DNA of 64,000 nt from Longimicrobiales bacterium (lineage in GTDB: Bacteria; Gemmatimonadota; Gemmatimonadetes; Longimicrobiales; Gaopeijiaceae): NCBI GenBank assembly GCA_965203485.1, contig OZ241892.1, forward strand, positions 1,824,001 through 1,888,000, read 5' to 3'. This document shows positions 59,854-64,000 of this stretch, one piece after another. Under the pieces are notes generated by a model, which was not told the DNA's origin, did no database searches, and saw only the letters and a list, made by a program, of their open reading frames with translations. Every line of letters starts with the position of its first letter. Positions within the stretch are counted from its first letter, which is position 1. A program made the position numbers and the translations under genes.

Positions 59854-61962
59854 TCATGGGGTCGGCCGCGCGCGGCGCACGAGCTTGGCCACGGCGGCGA
59901 CCTGGGCCTGGAAGTCCATGGCGGTGGTGTCCAGCAGGACGGCGTCCGCGGGCCGCGTCAGCGGAGCCGCCCGGCGCGACGAGTCGACTTGGTCGCGGCG
60001 GGCCAGGCGGGCGGCCTCCGCGGCAATCTCCGCGGTCGCGGGGTCGCGGCGGCCTTCCTGCAGGAGGCGGCGGAGAGCCCGCGTCCGCGCGTCCGCCACC
60101 AGGAAGACCTTCACGGGCGCGGCCGGGAACACGACGGTGCCCATGTCGCGGCCGTCGGCGACCAAGCCCGGACCCCGCGCCGATCCGCGCTGAAGGGCGA
60201 GCAGTCGGTCGCGCGCGGCGGGCACGGCGGATACTTGGGAGACGAGCGCGTTGACTCTCGCCGTCCGGATCGCGCCGTCGGCCACGCGACGTCCGTTCAG
60301 GCGGACGTGCATGGCGGAACCGTCCCAACCGGCGGCCACGTCCAGCCGAGCCAACTCCGCTCGGGTCAGGCCCTCGACGTCCGCGGCGGAGCGCCCGGCG
60401 TCCAGCAGCGCCAGCGTGATCGCCCGGTACAGCGCTCCCGAATCGAGGTGGCGGAAGCCCAACTCGTCCGCAACCGCCTTGGCCGTCGCGGACTTGCCCG
60501 CCCCGGCCGGTCCGTCGATCGTCACGACGAGACAGGCTTCACGAGGGTTCGGAGCATCCGCGGCGCCGGGGGCGTCCGCTGGGCGGCGAGCGCCCGCGGC
60601 CGTCGGGACGCTGCCGTGCCGAGCGCCGGACCGAGCGGACGCATGGACCCGCGCCGTCCCGGCCGCGCCCGCCTTCGTCCGCTCGAGAAGCCGCCAGAAG
60701 CCGGGGAAGCTCACGTCGGACACGGTGGGATCGTCGATGCGGACGTCGCACTCCGGCGTCGCGCCGAGGACGCCGAAGGCCATGGCCACCCGGTGGTCGC
60801 CGAAGCTCTTGACCGTGCCCGCGAGGGGGCGCCGCGTGCCCTCGATCTCGAGCCCGTCCCTCCCTTCCTCAACGCGCGCGCCGATCTCGCGCAGATTGGC
60901 GGCCAGGGCGGCCAGCCGGTCGGACTCCTTGAGGCGCAACTCGGCGGCGCCCGTGATCCGCGTGACCCCTTCGGCGCGGACCGCCGTCACCGCCAGCGCC
61001 GGCAGCTCGTCGATCATGCCGGGGACCTCGTCTCCCCCGACTTCCACGGCCCTCAGGCCGCCAGAGCCGACGACCCGCGCGTCGCCCAGCGTCTCACCGC
61101 CCGCCTGCGAGCGGCGCGCCACGGTCACCTCCGCTCCCATGCGCTCCAAGACGCGGAGAAACCCGGTGCGCGTCTCGTTCAGGCCCACGCCGGGCGCATT
61201 GACGGCGAGGCGCTCCGACAGGGCCGCCAGCGCGAAGAAGAAGGACGCGGAGGACACGTCGCCCGGCACGCGCAGGTCCAACGGCGCCAGCTCGCCGGCC
61301 GGCACGCCCACGCGCACGACCCAGCGGCCGCCGCGCTGCTCTTCGCGGACGGGCACGCCCATCGCCGCCAGCATTCGCTCCGTGTGGTCGCGCGACCGGC
61401 GGGGCTCGGACACCACGGCCTCGACGCCCGCGCCAACCGCCGCGAGCAACACCGCGCTCTTGACCTGGGCGCTGGCCACGGGGCTCTCGAACTCCACCGC
61501 TCCGAGCGCCCCGCCCCGCACGCGCATCGGAAGCAAGCCGTGCCGGTCCAAGTACGACACGGACGCGCCCATCCCCCGGAGCGGAGCCGCGACCCTCTCC
61601 ATGGGACGGCGCCGCAGCGACTCGTCGCCGTCGAGCACCACGTCCAGCGGCTGCGCGGCCAGCGCGCCCGCGAGCAGCCGAACGCCCGTGCCGCTGTTCC
61701 GGAGATCGAGCGGAGCGGCAGGCGCCGTCCACGAGCGGAGCCCCCGGCCGCGAACGCGGACCATGTCGCCCACGCCCCCGTCCAAGCCGGCGATCTCTGC
61801 GCCCAGCGCCTGCACGGCGCGGCCGGTCGCCAGCGGGTCGGCGCTGCGGAGCATTCCGGCGAGGCGGCTCTCCCCGGCCGCGACCGCTCCAAGCAGCAGC
61901 GCCCGCTGGCTCACCGACTTGTCGCCGGGCATGGGGACCGTCAGTTCGCGGATGCCGCCCAC
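59854..61962 (-). CDS. aroA-cmk: Fused EPSP synthase (AroA) - cytidylate kinase (Cmk)
   Basis: PGDKS, NSGT, SAQVKSA, RDHTE, LKESDRL, DHRVAM, SFPGF; then TIDGPAGAGKS, LDSGALYRA, DGRDMGTVVFP, RRDQVDSSR in one frame. Confidence 0.93.
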   Translation of the reverse strand: MGGIRELTVPMPGDKSVSQRALLLGAVAAGESRLAGMLRSADPLATGRAVQALGAEIAGLDGGVGDMVRVRGRGLRSWTAPAAPLDLRNSGTGVRLLAGALAAQPLDVVLDGDESLRRRPMERVAAPLRGMGASVSYLDRHGLLPMRVRGGALGAVEFESPVASAQVKSAVLLAAVGAGVEAVVSEPRRSRDHTERMLAAMGVPVREEQRGGRWVVRVGVPAGELAPLDLRVPGDVSSASFFFALAALSERLAVNAPGVGLNETRTGFLRVLERMGAEVTVARRSQAGGETLGDARVVGSGGLRAVEVGGDEVPGMIDELPALAVTAVRAEGVTRITGAAELRLKESDRLAALAANLREIGARVEEGRDGLEIEGTRRPLAGTVKSFGDHRVAMAFGVLGATPECDVRIDDPTVSDVSFPGFWRLLERTKAGAAGTARVHASARSGARHGSVPTAAGARRPADAPGAADAPNPREACLVVTIDGPAGAGKSATAKAVADELGFRHLDSGALYRAITLALLDAGRSAADVEGLTRAELARLDVAAGWDGSAMHVRLNGRRVADGAIRTARVNALVSQVSAVPAARDRLLALQRGSARGPGLVADGRDMGTVVFPAAPVKVFLVADARTRALRRLLQEGRRDPATAEIAAEAARLARRDQVDSSRRAAPLTRPADAVLLDTTAMDFQAQVAAVAKLVRRARPTP

Positions 61963-62020
61963 TACTGCGACGCCCTCCGAATCGTCACGTCGCGACCCCT
62001 CGCGCCCGCTCAGCCAAACG

Positions 62021-62036
62021 TGATATCATGATACCA
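62021..62036 (-). promoter_or_regulatory. Possible extended -10 promoter / palindromic operator upstream of aroA-cmk
   Basis: Minus strand TGGTATCAT overlapping palindromes TATCATGATA (62024-62033) and TGATATCA (62021-62028) in an AT-rich patch. Confidence 0.35.
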
Positions 62037-62149
62037 TCTTCTTGCGGGCTGGCCTGGACATGCCCCGCGCGCATAGGCCAAGCCCTCGCCGCACGGATCG
62101 CTCGGCCGTGTGGCTCGACCGGACGCCAAGGCGTGCACGGCGGAGCGGG

Positions 62150-63037
62150 CTAAGGCGCGATCCAATGCCGCGCCTTTCCGATCGCTTGCCGCAACGTGTC
62201 CTCGTCGCCGGTCTCCAGCGACCGGCGCGCGTCGGCGAGCGCGCGCTCCAGGCGGGCCAGCGCGTCGGCATCCTCCTTCGCGGCCGACCGGAGCAACGGA
62301 ATCCAAACGTCGGGCGACGACGCGGCCAAGCGAGTCATGTCGCGACCGCCGGGCCCCAAGCGGTCGCGGGCCAGCCCGTCGTCGGCAAGCACCCCGGCCA
62401 AAGCCCAGGCGGCCAGCTGCGGCAAGTGGCTGGCCCGCGACATCATGTGGTCGTGCCGGGCCGGATCCACGACGCGGGGCTTGCCGCCCAGCGCCCGCCA
62501 GAACGCCTTGGCCCGTTCGAGGACCTCGGCGCCTGCCGCTTCTCCTTCGGCGGCCCCGCCGGCCGGGCACAGCCAGACGGTGGCGTCCTCGAACAAGTCC
62601 GCGTCCGCAGCGCCGTAGCCGGAGGACTCCGATCCGCACATCGGATGTGCGCCGACGAACGGCCCCGTCCCGGTCTGCTCGGCGACCGACACGACCGGCG
62701 CCTTCAGGCTCGCCACGTCCATGGCCAGCGCCGCGCGGCTCCAATGCGCGGCCTGCGACTCGACCAGCGACATCGTCGCGTCGAGCGGGAGCGCATAGAC
62801 CACGACCGATCCGGCGAGGCGGCGCCCCTCGATCCCGCTCACGATCTCGACGCCGTCGCGGGCCGCCTCTTTCGCGTTCGCCCGCGACGTGTCGATCCCC
62901 CGCACCGGAACCGCCGGAAACCGCTTCGCCACCGCCTTTGCCACCGAACCGCCCATGACGCCCAGACCCACTGCCATCACCGAGCCGCCGCCGGCCACGG
63001 GCACGGCAGGGCTCCTCACGTGCCGAGCCGACGGCAA
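62150..63037 (-). CDS. tyrA: Prephenate/arogenate dehydrogenase (start uncertain)
   Basis: VGLGVMGGS Rossmann motif, DVASLK, VGAHPMCGSE, HDHMMSRASHLPQ, RDMTRLA. Confidence 0.92.
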   Translation of the reverse strand: MPSARHVRSPAVPVAGGGSVMAVGLGVMGGSVAKAVAKRFPAVPVRGIDTSRANAKEAARDGVEIVSGIEGRRLAGSVVVYALPLDATMSLVESQAAHWSRAALAMDVASLKAPVVSVAEQTGTGPFVGAHPMCGSESSGYGAADADLFEDATVWLCPAGGAAEGEAAGAEVLERAKAFWRALGGKPRVVDPARHDHMMSRASHLPQLAAWALAGVLADDGLARDRLGPGGRDMTRLAASSPDVWIPLLRSAAKEDADALARLERALADARRSLETGDEDTLRQAIGKARHWIAP

Positions 63038-63049
63038 GCGGCGTCCTTG

Positions 63050-64000
63050 CTATGCACTGCGCGAGCCCGACCGGGCGATCGTGGCGGCTTCGAGCACGGC
63101 CCTGACTTGTCCGGCGTCGCCGGCGCTCCAGCAGTAGCACCAGGGCACGGCTGCCGCTCCGCACTCGTCTCGCACCCGCCTGCCGAAGTGAGTGCGAATG
63201 AAGCGCATGATGACGACGGCGTCGCATTCCTTCAACGCACCCCGCACGGCGTCCAGCGGCTTCTGCCAGTTCGCGCGCCATCCGCTCCGCACGAAACGCA
63301 CGACAACGGCGGCGTCCCGTTCTTTAATCGCGCGCTGTACTTGGGGTTCCCTCTTGGCTTGGCGCTCGTCCCCTCCGACCACCAGCACGGTCACGCGCCT
63401 CGGGTACTCGTCGGGCGTCTTCTCGGACACGACGGAATTGGACAACTGCGCCAGCCGTTGCTCCATGTGATCGTAGTACGAATTCGGCAGGCCGAGCTCC
63501 TTGATCTGTTCCAGAACGCCCTCCGCGTCGTACAGCTTTCGGCGCTTCGCCGCCTCGAAGAAGAGCGGCCCCAGCACGTCCGCCGCAGACTGAAAGCTCC
63601 CCTGGGCTTCCAGGCAGCCGGCATGGGCCACGCGGGCGTCCTCCGGCAACAACGGCGGGCAGTCGTAGTCGTCTCGGCGCAACAACTCGGTGAACTGGGC
63701 AGTCTCGATGCCCTGGGTAGCGTAGTCCTCGAGCATGTCGATCACGTCGAGGGCGGCCTCGTTGGTGTCCTCGAACGCGCCCATCGCCCGATAGCCGCGC
63801 AATGCGGTTACGAGGTCTCCGACCGCGTCCTTCTTCTTCCTGCCCGGCCGACAGGCCCGGCCGTACAAGGCCGGCGCCATCCACTTGCAGTGGTCCACGG
63901 CGGGCCCAGCAGCGAGCGTGTCGAAGGCGTCTTCATCGCCCGTCTTCTGAATCCATTCCGCGACGAGCTGCAGGTCCGACGTTGCTCCGACCAACTGCAG
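63050..64000 (-). CDS. 3' part of a hypothetical helical/TPR-like protein with C-terminal DUF2325-like domain
   Basis: Frame open to window edge; VLVVGGD...CDAVVIMRFIRTH...AAVPWCYC pattern resembles DUF2325. Confidence 0.6.
   Translation of the reverse strand: MQLVGATSDLQLVAEWIQKTGDEDAFDTLAAGPAVDHCKWMAPALYGRACRPGRKKKDAVGDLVTALRGYRAMGAFEDTNEAALDVIDMLEDYATQGIETAQFTELLRRDDYDCPPLLPEDARVAHAGCLEAQGSFQSAADVLGPLFFEAAKRRKLYDAEGVLEQIKELGLPNSYYDHMEQRLAQLSNSVVSEKTPDEYPRRVTVLVVGGDERQAKREPQVQRAIKERDAAVVVRFVRSGWRANWQKPLDAVRGALKECDAVVIMRFIRTHFGRRVRDECGAAAVPWCYCWSAGDAGQVRAVLEAATIARSGSRSA

Noticed and set aside
1..64000. CRISPR arrays, tRNA/rRNA genes, IS elements, prophage genes
   Set aside because: No regularly spaced short repeats with unique spacers, no recognisable structural RNA and no transposase or phage motifs seen; long repeats are all in-frame coding repeats

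Overview
High-GC bacterial chromosome segment. Gene content and order suggest a Gemmatimonadota-like organism, and the cadherin/Ig giant protein suggests a host-associated (e.g. sponge-symbiont-type) lifestyle; both are inferences. The backbone is housekeeping: lon-engB; a long minus-strand run (type IV pilin cluster-pilMNOQ-aroC-aroK-topA-trmFO-xerC ... hslV-hslU-argF-gcvT-sigma54 activator); then sodA, dinB, an alanine/glycine symporter, an aroA-cmk fusion and tyrA. Two accessory blocks interrupt it. (1) 3.4-12.5 kb: a defence island with a Type III R-M pair, an AT-richer orphan winged-helix-like gene, a truncated DrmD-like helicase start and an AAA-ATPase/nuclease gene. (2) 19.4-34.2 kb, between xerC and hslV: a ~4,880-aa autotransporter-like surface protein with 29 Ig-like ~125-aa repeats, 4 cadherin repeats and a C-terminal barrel. 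The best candidate for an undescribed system is this giant gene. A 20-nt C tract follows an upstream ATG that is one base out of frame with it, which suggests a slippage switch. Its distal repeats alternate constant units with variable units, four of which carry a Cys-bracketed variable loop. All calls come from reading motifs by eye; no database searches were run.
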